DNA of 64,000 bases from Candidatus Spongiisociaceae bacterium. GTDB taxonomy: Bacteria; Actinomycetota; Acidimicrobiia; Spongiisociales; Spongiisociaceae. The stretch's first letter is position 1; each line of letters starts with the position of its first letter. Positions 20,344-29,501 of the stretch are shown here, one piece after another. The position numbers and the translations under genes were made by a program. Under the pieces are notes generated by a model. That model was not told where the DNA came from, made no database searches, and saw only the letters and a program-made list of their open reading frames with translations. The DNA lies in contig CBDCOH010000002.1 of the NCBI GenBank assembly GCA_965219685.1, forward strand, positions 1,440,001 to 1,504,000. Direction: 5' to 3'.

Positions 20344-21504
20344 GTGATGCCCTCACTGAACCAACCGCAGCGTACCACACGGGAACCCGACGACGATCCT
20401 CACGAACCCGACGATCTGACTCCAGAAGAGGAGGAAGACCTAACTAGCGCGGATGCCAATGTCCGGCCTGTTGCGTATTCCGGCCAAGACTTTGACGTGC
20501 ACGGACTCATCCGTAGATTAGGCAATGGCGACATTCTTATCCCCACCTTTGGCCACGCAGACCCACGAATAGTTAGTGCTGGATTCCAGCGGTCTTTCGT
20601 GTGGACGAAGCGTCAAATGGATCGGTTCATAGAGTCGCTCCTACTTGGCTACCCCATACCTGGGATCTTCCTCATCAAGCAGCGTGATAAACGGTACCTT
20701 GTACTTGATGGTCAACAACGTCTGATGACCCTCGGCTACTTCGCAGATGGGTTATATGCATCTAAGGAGTTCTCTCTCCACAATACAGCAGATCAGTTCA
20801 AGCATCTTACTTACAAGACGCTCCCCGAGGATCTACGGCGTCAATTCGATGACACATACATGAATGCGACGATCGTGTCTACGGACGGGTCTGCACAATC
20901 CCTTGAGTCTATATATCAGATCTTCGAGAGGCTCAATGCAGGAGGTACTAAGCTCACTCCACATGAGATTCGTGTTGCATTGTACGCGGGCCCAATAATT
21001 GACTATATTGAAGGACTCAACAGTGATTCGGTTTGGCGAGATCTCTATGGAAAACGTGCAAAGAGACTGCGAGATCAGGAACTCGTCCTACGAATAATTG
21101 CACTCTATGTCGCAGCCTCCACCTATAAACGACCTCTCAAGAGTTTTCTCAATACGTTCACAGGTATTCACCGTGATCTTCGTAATCTCCAAACAACACT
21201 CGTCGCTGAGCGGTTCACTACCGCAGCACAATTGATCAAGGATGGCCCAGGGAAAAGTGCAATACGTCTTAGAGGACGTCAGGTCAACGCAGCGCTAACG
21301 GAGGCTCTATTCGTAGGGCTTATGCGCCGACTAGATCAGGAGAACGACCCAGCGCCAAGTGCTGTGACGGATGCCGTGTCCGCGATAGCTACAGCTATAC
21401 AGTACAAGGAGGATTTGCTTGCTGCCGTCACTCGTTCAACTGCTGATGAGGATAAGGTTCGCACCCGTCTAGCATTCATGACTTCACATCTGGCAAGGAT
21501 CTGA
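20344..21504 (+). CDS. DUF262 (GmrS/ParB-like) domain protein
   Basis: FQRSFVW, FIESLLLGYPIP, LDGQQRL, IFERLNAGGTKL; lower GC; TATGAT -10 directly upstream. Confidence 0.9.
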   Translation: MMPSLNQPQRTTREPDDDPHEPDDLTPEEEEDLTSADANVRPVAYSGQDFDVHGLIRRLGNGDILIPTFGHADPRIVSAGFQRSFVWTKRQMDRFIESLLLGYPIPGIFLIKQRDKRYLVLDGQQRLMTLGYFADGLYASKEFSLHNTADQFKHLTYKTLPEDLRRQFDDTYMNATIVSTDGSAQSLESIYQIFERLNAGGTKLTPHEIRVALYAGPIIDYIEGLNSDSVWRDLYGKRAKRLRDQELVLRIIALYVAASTYKRPLKSFLNTFTGIHRDLRNLQTTLVAERFTTAAQLIKDGPGKSAIRLRGRQVNAALTEALFVGLMRRLDQENDPAPSAVTDAVSAIATAIQYKEDLLAAVTRSTADEDKVRTRLAFMTSHLARI

Positions 21505-21505
21505 G

Positions 21506-22006
21506 TTGTCCAGGGGACAGAATCCGAACCTCAATATCCACAGGTCGGAACAATCGTTGGCCGCCCTACGAACTCTTGTCAACCAACAGGCCCGTACAGC
21601 AGATGACGACGTTGTACGGCAGTTGGCAAGGTTTCTTGTGATCAGAGCCTGTGGGTTCTTGGAGCAAGTTGCCAAAGAGTGTTGCATTTCTTACCTTCTT
21701 AGGCAATCAGATCCGAGAGCAGCAGCCTTTGGAGCGAGCTGGCTAAGGCGTGCCCCTAGTCCAACGCCGGACAATCTTGTAAGCCTGGTACGCCGGTTCG
21801 ACACCGTTTGGGCGGATGAACTCTGCGAGTTGCTAAACGAGGACGATGAGCGTCTTCGCCGTGAGATCGGGTTTCTGGTCGACCGTCGTAACAGAATCGC
21901 TCACGGTCTGAATGAGGGTGTCTCGACAGTGAAGGCTATCCAGCTAGCTGAAGTATCAGAGGAAGTTACGGATTGGTTTATCCGACGCCTCGGGACTCAA
22001 TCCTGA
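21506..22006 (+). CDS. HEPN-domain protein (RiboL-PSP/MAE_28990-like), putative RNase
   Basis: VIRACGFLEQ helix and RNRIAH (R-x4-H) motif; coupled to DUF262. Confidence 0.8.
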   Translation: MSRGQNPNLNIHRSEQSLAALRTLVNQQARTADDDVVRQLARFLVIRACGFLEQVAKECCISYLLRQSDPRAAAFGASWLRRAPSPTPDNLVSLVRRFDTVWADELCELLNEDDERLRREIGFLVDRRNRIAHGLNEGVSTVKAIQLAEVSEEVTDWFIRRLGTQS

Positions 22007-22342
22007 TTGATGGGACAAGTCTGTGAGACTTTACTCATGGCTACTCTCTCTAAGGTGGCTTAGCCTTACAACTGCTGGAAGGGCAGTACTTCCACTCAAG
22101 AAGGATAAGCACGTCTGTTTAGTGTAGAGTATGTAAAACGGTTATTGAACAATGATGTCTATAACGGACCTTGGTCAAATAGAGGTTCACACATGTCCCC
22201 GAGACTACAACGGTGGTATACAGTTCGCGGACCTGGGAGAGTTCGCATCCTGGGCTGGACCGGACTCGTTGACGTCCTACGGCGGGAGACAGTCGGGACA
22301 AGCGCCGATTGCCACCACAAGCAAGCTCCGGCTACTGCTAGG

Positions 22343-23716
22343 GTGCCGGACGCAGTGCGTAACTTCGACCTGATGATCATCGGCACCGGATCCGGGAATT
22401 CGGTGATCGGTCCGGAGCACGACGGTTGGGACATCGCCATCGTGGAGCGGGGTCCTTTCGGCGGTACCTGCCTGAACGTGGGCTGCATACCTTCGAAGAT
22501 GTTCGTGTACGCGGCGGAGATGGCCGAGTTGGCTTCTGACAGTGAGCGGCTGGGCGTGCACACCCGCTTCGACGGCGCCGACTGGCCATCCATCCGCGAT
22601 CGCGTATTCGGCCGTATCGACCCCATCGCCGCGGGCGGCCGCACCTACCGCGAGGAACTTCCCAACGTGACCGTGTACTCCGGAACAGGGCGGTTCGTGG
22701 GAACGAAGCGTGTAGCGGTGGCCGACGAGGTCATTTCCGCCGAGCGGATCGTCATCGCGGCGGGAGGGAGGCCTACCGTTCCGCCCGTGCCGGGCCTCGC
22801 CGAATGCGGCTACCACACTTCGGACACGGTCATGCGGCTCGAGCGGCTGCCCGAGCGACTGCTGGTGATCGGCGCGGGGTACATCGCCGCCGAGCTGGGC
22901 GGTGTGATGGGCGCGTTCGGTTCGAAGGTCACCTTCCTACTCCGAGGCGACACCTTCCTGCGCCGGGAGGACCACGACATCAGCAGCCGGTTCACGTCTG
23001 CCTACTCACGTCGGTTCGACGTGCGAACGCACACCCGGCTGATCGAAGCCCGCCGGGACGGAGACGACGTCGTGATAGGCCTGGTCGACAAGGACGGAGA
23101 CAGAATCGAGTTGAGTGGGGATGAGTTGCTGGTGGCCACCGGCCGCCGGCCCAACACCGACCAACTCGACTTGACCGCGGGAGGAATCGAAGTCGACCGA
23201 CGCGGCTTCGTGGTCACCGACGACCAACTCCGCACGAGCGTCGACGGCGTGTGGGCGCTCGGCGACATCACCAACCCCGTCCAGCTGAAGCACGTCGCCA
23301 ACCACGAGGCCCGGGTGGTGCGTCACAACCTGACCAACCCGGAAAGTCCGGCGACCGTCGACCACCGCTTCATCCCGCATGCAGTGTTCGGCTATCCCCA
23401 GATCGCCAGCGTGGGCTTCACGGAGCAGGAGTGCAGGCAGCAGGACCTCCCGTACGTGAGCCATGTGCAGCCCTACTCGGAGGCCGCCTACGGCTGGGCG
23501 ATGGAGGACACCGATAGCGTGGCCAAGGTGATCGCCCACGCCGAGACCCGCCGTCTCCTCGGCGCCCACATCATCGGACCGCAGGCGCCCACCCTCATCC
23601 AGCAACTCATCCAGGGCATGCACTTCGACCTGACCGTCGACCAGATGTCACGCGGCCAGTATTACATCCACCCTGCGCTCCCCGAGGTAGTCGAACAGGC
23701 CCTGCTCGAACTCTGA
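22343..23716 (+). CDS. mtr: Mycothione reductase
   Basis: IIGTGSGNS, GGTCLNVGCIPSK, QLKHVANHEA, AYGWAMED, YYIHPALPEVVE; start is GTG 22343 or 22355. Confidence 0.93.
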   Translation: MPDAVRNFDLMIIGTGSGNSVIGPEHDGWDIAIVERGPFGGTCLNVGCIPSKMFVYAAEMAELASDSERLGVHTRFDGADWPSIRDRVFGRIDPIAAGGRTYREELPNVTVYSGTGRFVGTKRVAVADEVISAERIVIAAGGRPTVPPVPGLAECGYHTSDTVMRLERLPERLLVIGAGYIAAELGGVMGAFGSKVTFLLRGDTFLRREDHDISSRFTSAYSRRFDVRTHTRLIEARRDGDDVVIGLVDKDGDRIELSGDELLVATGRRPNTDQLDLTAGGIEVDRRGFVVTDDQLRTSVDGVWALGDITNPVQLKHVANHEARVVRHNLTNPESPATVDHRFIPHAVFGYPQIASVGFTEQECRQQDLPYVSHVQPYSEAAYGWAMEDTDSVAKVIAHAETRRLLGAHIIGPQAPTLIQQLIQGMHFDLTVDQMSRGQYYIHPALPEVVEQALLEL

Positions 23717-23808
23717 CCGAGCTCTGGGAATCTGCCCGATCACGACAGAGCGGGAATCTTGGCCATAACAAATCCTGTAGACGGGAGTCGGCGATCCAAT
23801 CACGGAGC

Positions 23809-24075
23809 TTGAGGTACTATCGGGTCCAGTGGTACACATCAGTTCTCGGACGAGTTGCATCTCACAGGAGTAAGCTTATAGTGACTAAACACCCGCCACC
23901 GGCCGCTGTCGTCGTTACAGATGCCGAGCACCCTGCGGCACGCATCATCGGGTGGAGTGACGACATCCGCATCAAGGTCGACCTAGCCGAGCCAGCCATT
24001 CCTCCCGAGGATTGGCACATTGTCTCAAGTCCCGAAAGAGTTCTGACCGGCATTCCGGCGGACCATTCAGGTTGA
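23809..24075 (+). pseudogene. Degenerate Phd/YefM-type antitoxin remnant
   Basis: SVLGRVASHRSKLIVTKHPPPAAVVV...IRIKVDLAEPAIPPEDW resembles the xLDRVxxxGExxxVTKHGRPVA pattern; N-terminus eroded; no toxin follows. Confidence 0.45.
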
Positions 24076-24098
24076 TCTCGGAGCCACCCGGCTCCGAC

Positions 24099-25403
24099 TC
24101 ACGACACTATTGCCACCTGCTCAAGCACCGCCGCTGCCGTTTGCAGGATGTATTCGACGTGGTCTTCCCCCATGACCGAAGAGGTGGACAGGAACGGGAA
24201 ACCGAAAACGCCGCGGTTCCCGAACGCCAGAGAGAGGCCGGTCATCAGCACGTCGGGTCGGCGTACTTCCGGCTCGCAGGCCAGGCTGAGCAGGGACCCG
24301 CCGCCTTCGACTCGGAGTGGCAGGCCCCGTTCACTCACGGCGGCGGACAAGCCTTCGCGCAGCAGCCTGCCGAGGTGGTCGATCCGGTCGTAGACCTCCC
24401 GGGTGAGGAGGCGGAGGCCGGCGACCCCCGCTGCGGCCGTCATCGGGTTGGCGTTGAAGGTCCCTGCCAGGGCCACCTTCATGTCGCCGAGCGGGTCGGT
24501 GACCGCCATGATGTCGGCCCTCCCACCGAACGCGCCGACCGGGAGGCCGCCGCCGATCAGCTTCCCGAGAGCGGTCATGTCGGGCGCCACCCCGTAGCGT
24601 TCCTGCGCGCCTCCCATCGCCAGGCGCAGGGAGATGACCTCGTCGAACAGGAGGAGCACTCCCTCGTCCGCCGTAACGGCTCGCAAGGTCTCCAGGAACC
24701 CTTCGGGCGGATGGGCGAAGCCGCCCGCCGAGCGGAATGGGGTGAGGATCACCGCGGCCATCCGGTCGGCGTTCAGCCTGATCAGGTGGGCGACACCATC
24801 GGTGTCCCCCCAGGAACCCAGCACGACGTTGTCCGAGAGGTTGGCGGGCACTCCCCCGGTGCTCGGCGCCATGCCGACGGCGCCCGGAGCGGACCCGAAC
24901 TCGAAGCCGTCGTAGGTGCCGTGATAGGCGCCGTCCAGCTTGAGGACGAGGTCCCGGCCGGTGAAGGCCCGGGCCACCTTGAGCATGTGCATGTTGGCCT
25001 CGGTGCCCGAGTTGGCGAAGCGGACCCGCTCGATCGACGGGATCCGCTCGCAGAGGATGCTCGCCCACTCGACCTCGGTCGGGTTGTGGCCTCCCCAGGC
25101 GGTCCCCGACTCCGCCTGGGACCGCACCGCCGCCACGATGTCGGGATGGGCGTGCCCGTGGACCAGCGCGGTCGAGTTGTTGTTCAGGTCGAGGCGGCGA
25201 TTCCCGTCGACGTCCCAAATGTAAGGGCCTTCCCCGCGCTCGAAGTAGGGAGGGTGCGGGCGGGTCGTAATCGAGTAACGGGTATCACCGCCCGGGAGGA
25301 CCCCCCCACCCCTAACGAATAGGGCTGCCGAACGGGGGGTGATCCGGCGGTACTCGTCGACTATCCCCTGGTACCACTCGAGGAGCGGTTGGTCGGCGCT
25401 CAT
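24099..25403 (-). CDS. Class III aminotransferase (glutamate-1-semialdehyde aminomutase-like)
   Basis: RFANSGTEA, GAYHG, FDEVI, LGKLIGGGLPVGAFGG, GTFNANP; start reset to MSADQ (ATGA overlap). Confidence 0.88.
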   Translation of the reverse strand: MSADQPLLEWYQGIVDEYRRITPRSAALFVRGGGVLPGGDTRYSITTRPHPPYFERGEGPYIWDVDGNRRLDLNNNSTALVHGHAHPDIVAAVRSQAESGTAWGGHNPTEVEWASILCERIPSIERVRFANSGTEANMHMLKVARAFTGRDLVLKLDGAYHGTYDGFEFGSAPGAVGMAPSTGGVPANLSDNVVLGSWGDTDGVAHLIRLNADRMAAVILTPFRSAGGFAHPPEGFLETLRAVTADEGVLLLFDEVISLRLAMGGAQERYGVAPDMTALGKLIGGGLPVGAFGGRADIMAVTDPLGDMKVALAGTFNANPMTAAAGVAGLRLLTREVYDRIDHLGRLLREGLSAAVSERGLPLRVEGGGSLLSLACEPEVRRPDVLMTGLSLAFGNRGVFGFPFLSTSSVMGEDHVEYILQTAAAVLEQVAIVS

Positions 25404-26341
25404 GTTCCGGTCAGCCAGCGTCGGGGATTGTCGTGGGTGATGGTCCTGATGATCTCGTCGGGCACACCCCTGGCGGACAGCGCGGGCAGGAACGTCTCGG
25501 ACAGGTACACGAAACCGGTGCCGCCGTGTATCCGCAACTGCCCCAGCTTGCACACATCGTGGGAAAGCATCAAACGGTCCTCGAATCCCCTGTCGATCAG
25601 TTCACGGATGAGGTCGAGAATACGTTCCTCGAACCGGCCCATGCCCCGGAACTGGCCGCAGTTGTCGAACATGACGTACACACCTCGGTCAAGCAGTCCG
25701 AGCAGGTAGCGGAGGTGCGGGTAGGCGTCGCAGTGCGCCACCGCCACCCGCCTGAGGTCCGCATCCTCCTCTTCGAGAATGTTCAGTTGCGCCGGAGCGA
25801 CCGGGCCGATGGCGTGGAGGGCCCCGATGGAGAGGCCCGTGGCCTTGTGCGCCCGAGCCGCGGCCCGCAGCACCCGCTCCTCTGCCGGGGACACCCAATC
25901 CTTCTCCGACCCGATCTCACCGATCACGCCCGGGCGGATGTCCGTGTCACCCACCCCTTCGGTGATCTCCCGGATCAACTCCTCGGCCAGGTCATCAGCC
26001 GACCGCCGATCGATCCGCTCGTCGGGCAGGTAGTAGTTCCCGCGGTACCAGCCGCAACCCATGACGAAGTGCACCCCGGTTCGCTCCGACAGGACGCGTA
26101 GCCGACGTGGGGACCTGCCATTGTCGGGAACGCTCAGGTCGAAGATGCTCGCTCCTCCCAGGTCGCCGAACGCCGTCACCTCGTCGGCCATCACATCCTC
26201 GTCGACGAACTGGTCTGCAACGTCGTAGCGGTAGTCGGCGTGCCGGAGGGTGCAGTAGACATGCTCGTGGGGAAGGGTGAACCCGAGTTCGTCAGCCGGT
26301 ACCGGTCCCAGAACTGTCATAACCGTTCCGACATCGTTCAT
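25400..26341 (-). CDS. Phosphotriesterase-homology protein (PHP type)
   Basis: VMTVLGPV...HEH, GVIGEIG (Glu bridging ligand), AHCD, LSHDV. Confidence 0.9.
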   Translation of the reverse strand: MNDVGTVMTVLGPVPADELGFTLPHEHVYCTLRHADYRYDVADQFVDEDVMADEVTAFGDLGGASIFDLSVPDNGRSPRRLRVLSERTGVHFVMGCGWYRGNYYLPDERIDRRSADDLAEELIREITEGVGDTDIRPGVIGEIGSEKDWVSPAEERVLRAAARAHKATGLSIGALHAIGPVAPAQLNILEEEDADLRRVAVAHCDAYPHLRYLLGLLDRGVYVMFDNCGQFRGMGRFEERILDLIRELIDRGFEDRLMLSHDVCKLGQLRIHGGTGFVYLSETFLPALSARGVPDEIIRTITHDNPRRWLTGT

Positions 26342-26442
26342 CCGGACCTCCTCGATCGGCTGTCAGGAACCGTTCAGGGACTCTACCGGGCTGATGCCGC
26401 TGTGGCGTACCCTGTGACACAGCCGTAGCCTGTTTCCGGGAG

Positions 26443-27894
26443 GTGGACTTGAACCGCGAGCACAGCACCGAGCACGAGGTCGACCTGCTTCTCCGTCACG
26501 CGCGCATCATCACGATGGACCCAGCGCGGAGGATCCTGGTCGACGGAGCGGTCGCCGTCGGCGATGGGCGCATTCTGGAGGTGGGGCCCGACCGTGAAGT
26601 GTCGGCGGTGGTTACCCATGCCGCCGCTACCCGCGACCTCGGTGGCGCCCTGGTACATCCGGGGCTCGTCGACGCCCACGTCCACGCGGGCAGCTCCGAA
26701 CTCAGCCGGGGCATGGCGCCCAAGGATCATGCCGACTACGGGGCGGTCGACGACTGGCTGTTCACCTTCCGCAGCCCCGAGACCGACCACCTCGGCGCTT
26801 TGCTGTCGTGCATGGAGATGGTGACCAACGGCACCACCGCGTACAGCGACACCGGAGGATCCTTCTTTTTGGACGAGACCGCCCGGGCCATCGAAACGGT
26901 CGGGATGCGGGGCATGCCCGGACATTCAATGCTCGACTTCAACCCCCGGGTTCCAGGCCGCGACACCTCCGCGGGCGCCATGTCCGACGAGGAGGCGGAG
27001 ACATTGCGTACCCCGACACGGGAGTGCGTCGAGAAGCTGGACGACCAGATGAGCCGCTACCCGTTCCGCGGCGGCGGGCTCGTCCGGGGCGGGGCGACCA
27101 TGTACGGCTGCATGCGCTGCTCCGACGAGCTGCTCATCAAGGCTCAGGCTCTCGCCAGGAAACACGGGGCGCCGATGATCATGCACCAGTCGTGGGATCC
27201 CGAGGAGGTGACCATCTCCGAGGCGCTGTACGGATGCCGCCCCATCGAACATCTGGCCGAGATCGGGGTGCTGGACGAGAACCTGACGCTGGTCCACATG
27301 AACCATCTGTCCCCGGTCGAGGTCGACCTGGTGGCCGAATCGGGCACCCGGGTGGTGCACTGCCCGGCGGCGTCCCTGCGGCGGGGTATGGGTGCGATCA
27401 GGAACGGCTCCTTCCCCGAGATGCTCGCCAAGGGTGTCCCGGTGGCTCTCGGCTCCGATGGCTACAGCGGCCGGCGGGATGTGCTTCGTCAGGCCTACCT
27501 GGCTGCGGTTGGGTTCCGTGAGTTCCGGGGTGAGTTGCCGGTCCTGACCGGCGAGACCGTCCTCGAGATGGCCACTCTCCACGGAGCCAAGGCACTCGGG
27601 CTCGAGGACGAGGTCGGTTCGATCGAGATAGGCAAGCGGGCCGACCTGGTGATCCACAGCCTGGATAGGCCCGAGGCATACCCCCGGTTCCAGGATCCCG
27701 TCGACAACCTCGTCTATTTCCGGGCATCGAGCACAGTGGATACCGTCTTCGTCAACGGGGAAGCAATCCTCGACGGAGGCCGCTTCACCCGTTTCGACGC
27801 AGCGGAGGCCTACCGCAGAATCCAGGATGCGGCGGCCGAGTTCGAGTCGGGCGTGGGCGCCACGACCTACGCCGTCTGGCCCCTCGTCGACTAG
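26443..27894 (+). CDS. Amidohydrolase family protein (MTA/SAH-deaminase/AtzA-like)
   Basis: PGLVDAHVH, LVHM, VVHCP, ALGSDG, MATLHGAKALG, GSIEIGKRADL. Confidence 0.88.
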   Translation: MDLNREHSTEHEVDLLLRHARIITMDPARRILVDGAVAVGDGRILEVGPDREVSAVVTHAAATRDLGGALVHPGLVDAHVHAGSSELSRGMAPKDHADYGAVDDWLFTFRSPETDHLGALLSCMEMVTNGTTAYSDTGGSFFLDETARAIETVGMRGMPGHSMLDFNPRVPGRDTSAGAMSDEEAETLRTPTRECVEKLDDQMSRYPFRGGGLVRGGATMYGCMRCSDELLIKAQALARKHGAPMIMHQSWDPEEVTISEALYGCRPIEHLAEIGVLDENLTLVHMNHLSPVEVDLVAESGTRVVHCPAASLRRGMGAIRNGSFPEMLAKGVPVALGSDGYSGRRDVLRQAYLAAVGFREFRGELPVLTGETVLEMATLHGAKALGLEDEVGSIEIGKRADLVIHSLDRPEAYPRFQDPVDNLVYFRASSTVDTVFVNGEAILDGGRFTRFDAAEAYRRIQDAAAEFESGVGATTYAVWPLVD

Positions 27895-27934
27895 ATGACT
27901 AGTTCCTAGTCGGTAGTCCCCAGGTTCTAGTTGG
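27892..27934. repeat. Degenerate 7-bp-periodic TAG array
   Basis: TAG at 27900, 27907, 27914 and 27928 (CAG at 27921), starting just after the upstream stop codon. Confidence 0.55.
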
Positions 27935-28211
27935 GAATCGGGGGTAACACTTAATTGGATTATTTACCATCCTCCAAAGCACTGTTGGGGTCTCGCGTTC
28001 TGCGCCGTGGGTGGCTCTTCAAGAAACTGCAGTCCTGCCCGGGGTCCGAGTCCAAGAACGGGGGCACACGAGTTACAGATGTGTCGTACAGCGTTGTGTA
28101 GCGAATCGAAGAGTACGGTCGCTTCTGGTCGATCCCTTGGAAGTACTCGACTAACCACCTCCCGAGCAGCGCCTCACCGACCGGGATCAGGATGTTTGGT
28201 ACTGTTCGCCA

Positions 28212-29435
28212 ATGGCGGTCGCCCTAGACGCTTACGATCCCAACTTCCTCCACGACCCCTACCCCACGTTCGACCGGATCCGGGAGGAGACACCCGTTTT
28301 CCGATCTCCCGGGCGCAAGGGTGAGAGGCCCGTCTGGTTCCTAACCCGCCATGCCGATGTGCGGAGGGCCTTGCGAGACCGCCGGTTGGGGCGGATAGAC
28401 CAGCCCACCGTGGACCGGGCCGCCTGGGGACTCCCGCCGCTCCACGCGGAGTTGGCGGCCTACTACGACGTGGAGCATTGGGCTCTGGTCTGGCTGGAGC
28501 CGCCCAACCACACCAAGATCCGCCGCCTGGTCTCCAGCGCCTTCACGATTCGCCGGGTGGCGAGCCTCCGACCCCGCATAGCCGTACTCGCCGACCGTCT
28601 GCTCGACCCGGTGGTGCAGCGGGGCCGCATGGACCTCGTGAACGACTACGCAGCTCCGTTCTCGGTCCAGGTAATCGCCGAGTTGCTGGGCGTACCCACC
28701 ACCCACTGGCGGCAGATGCTCGACTGGTCGTCCCGCATCACCAGGATGTACGAGTACAACACCGACAAGGCGCAGATCCGTTCGGCTGTGGACGCCTGTG
28801 TCGAGTTCTCCGCGTACTGCGAGGAGCTGATCGCACGCCGCCGTACCGACCCTCGCGACGACCTGATCACCGCGCTGTGCTTCGCCGAGACCGAGGACGG
28901 AACGCTCACCGACATCCAGATCGTGTCGATGATCATCACCCTCCTCAACGCCGGGCACGAAGCCTCGGTGAACACGCTCGCCAACGGAATGCTGGCGCTG
29001 ATGCAGCATCCGGACCAGTGGCGCCTCCTCTCCGGCGGGGAGGTCCGCCCGGCCACCGCCGTCGAGGAACTCTTCCGCTGGGATGCACCCATCCAGACCT
29101 TCGACAGATGGGTGGTCGCTGACAGCTACGACGTGGGCGGGCAATCGATCGGCCGGTACGAGCAGGTGACCGTGCTGCTCGGGTGCGCCAACCGCGATCC
29201 CCGCCACTTCGACGAGCCGAACTCCTTCCGGATAGGCCGGGACGATGCGACCCACGTCAGCTTCGGGGGCGGAATCCACCACTGCCTCGGCGCCCCGCTC
29301 GCCCGCCTCGAAGTAGAGGTTGCACTCGAAAGGCTCGCTGCCAGGTGCCCGAGGCTGCAACTGATCGGCAACCCGGTTCGACCTCCGAGGTTCGTGCTGC
29401 GCGGCTTCAACTCTCTTGAACTCACGCTTGCCTGA
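28212..29435 (+). CDS. Cytochrome P450
   Basis: NAGHEAS I-helix, EELFR (ExxR), ANRDP, FGGGIHHCLG heme Cys. Confidence 0.95.
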   Translation: MAVALDAYDPNFLHDPYPTFDRIREETPVFRSPGRKGERPVWFLTRHADVRRALRDRRLGRIDQPTVDRAAWGLPPLHAELAAYYDVEHWALVWLEPPNHTKIRRLVSSAFTIRRVASLRPRIAVLADRLLDPVVQRGRMDLVNDYAAPFSVQVIAELLGVPTTHWRQMLDWSSRITRMYEYNTDKAQIRSAVDACVEFSAYCEELIARRRTDPRDDLITALCFAETEDGTLTDIQIVSMIITLLNAGHEASVNTLANGMLALMQHPDQWRLLSGGEVRPATAVEELFRWDAPIQTFDRWVVADSYDVGGQSIGRYEQVTVLLGCANRDPRHFDEPNSFRIGRDDATHVSFGGGIHHCLGAPLARLEVEVALERLAARCPRLQLIGNPVRPPRFVLRGFNSLELTLA

Positions 29436-29501
29436 TGACCATCGCCTGGACAGTGGACGCCGCCCACGCCGCTAGGGAAGATCAGCCAGAATGAGCACCG
29501 A

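Noticed and set aside
22010-22330. Possible transposase or other gene remnant between the HEPN gene and mtr
   Set aside because: Low GC, but there is no convincing motif in any frame and no terminal inverted repeats.
22145-22342. N-terminal extensions in the ORF track (mtr, SBP, atpE, prfA, thrC, glmU, rsmA, rsmI, ku)
   Set aside because: Downstream starts fit RBS, gene-overlap and family N-termini better. The glmU extension runs through a tRNA.
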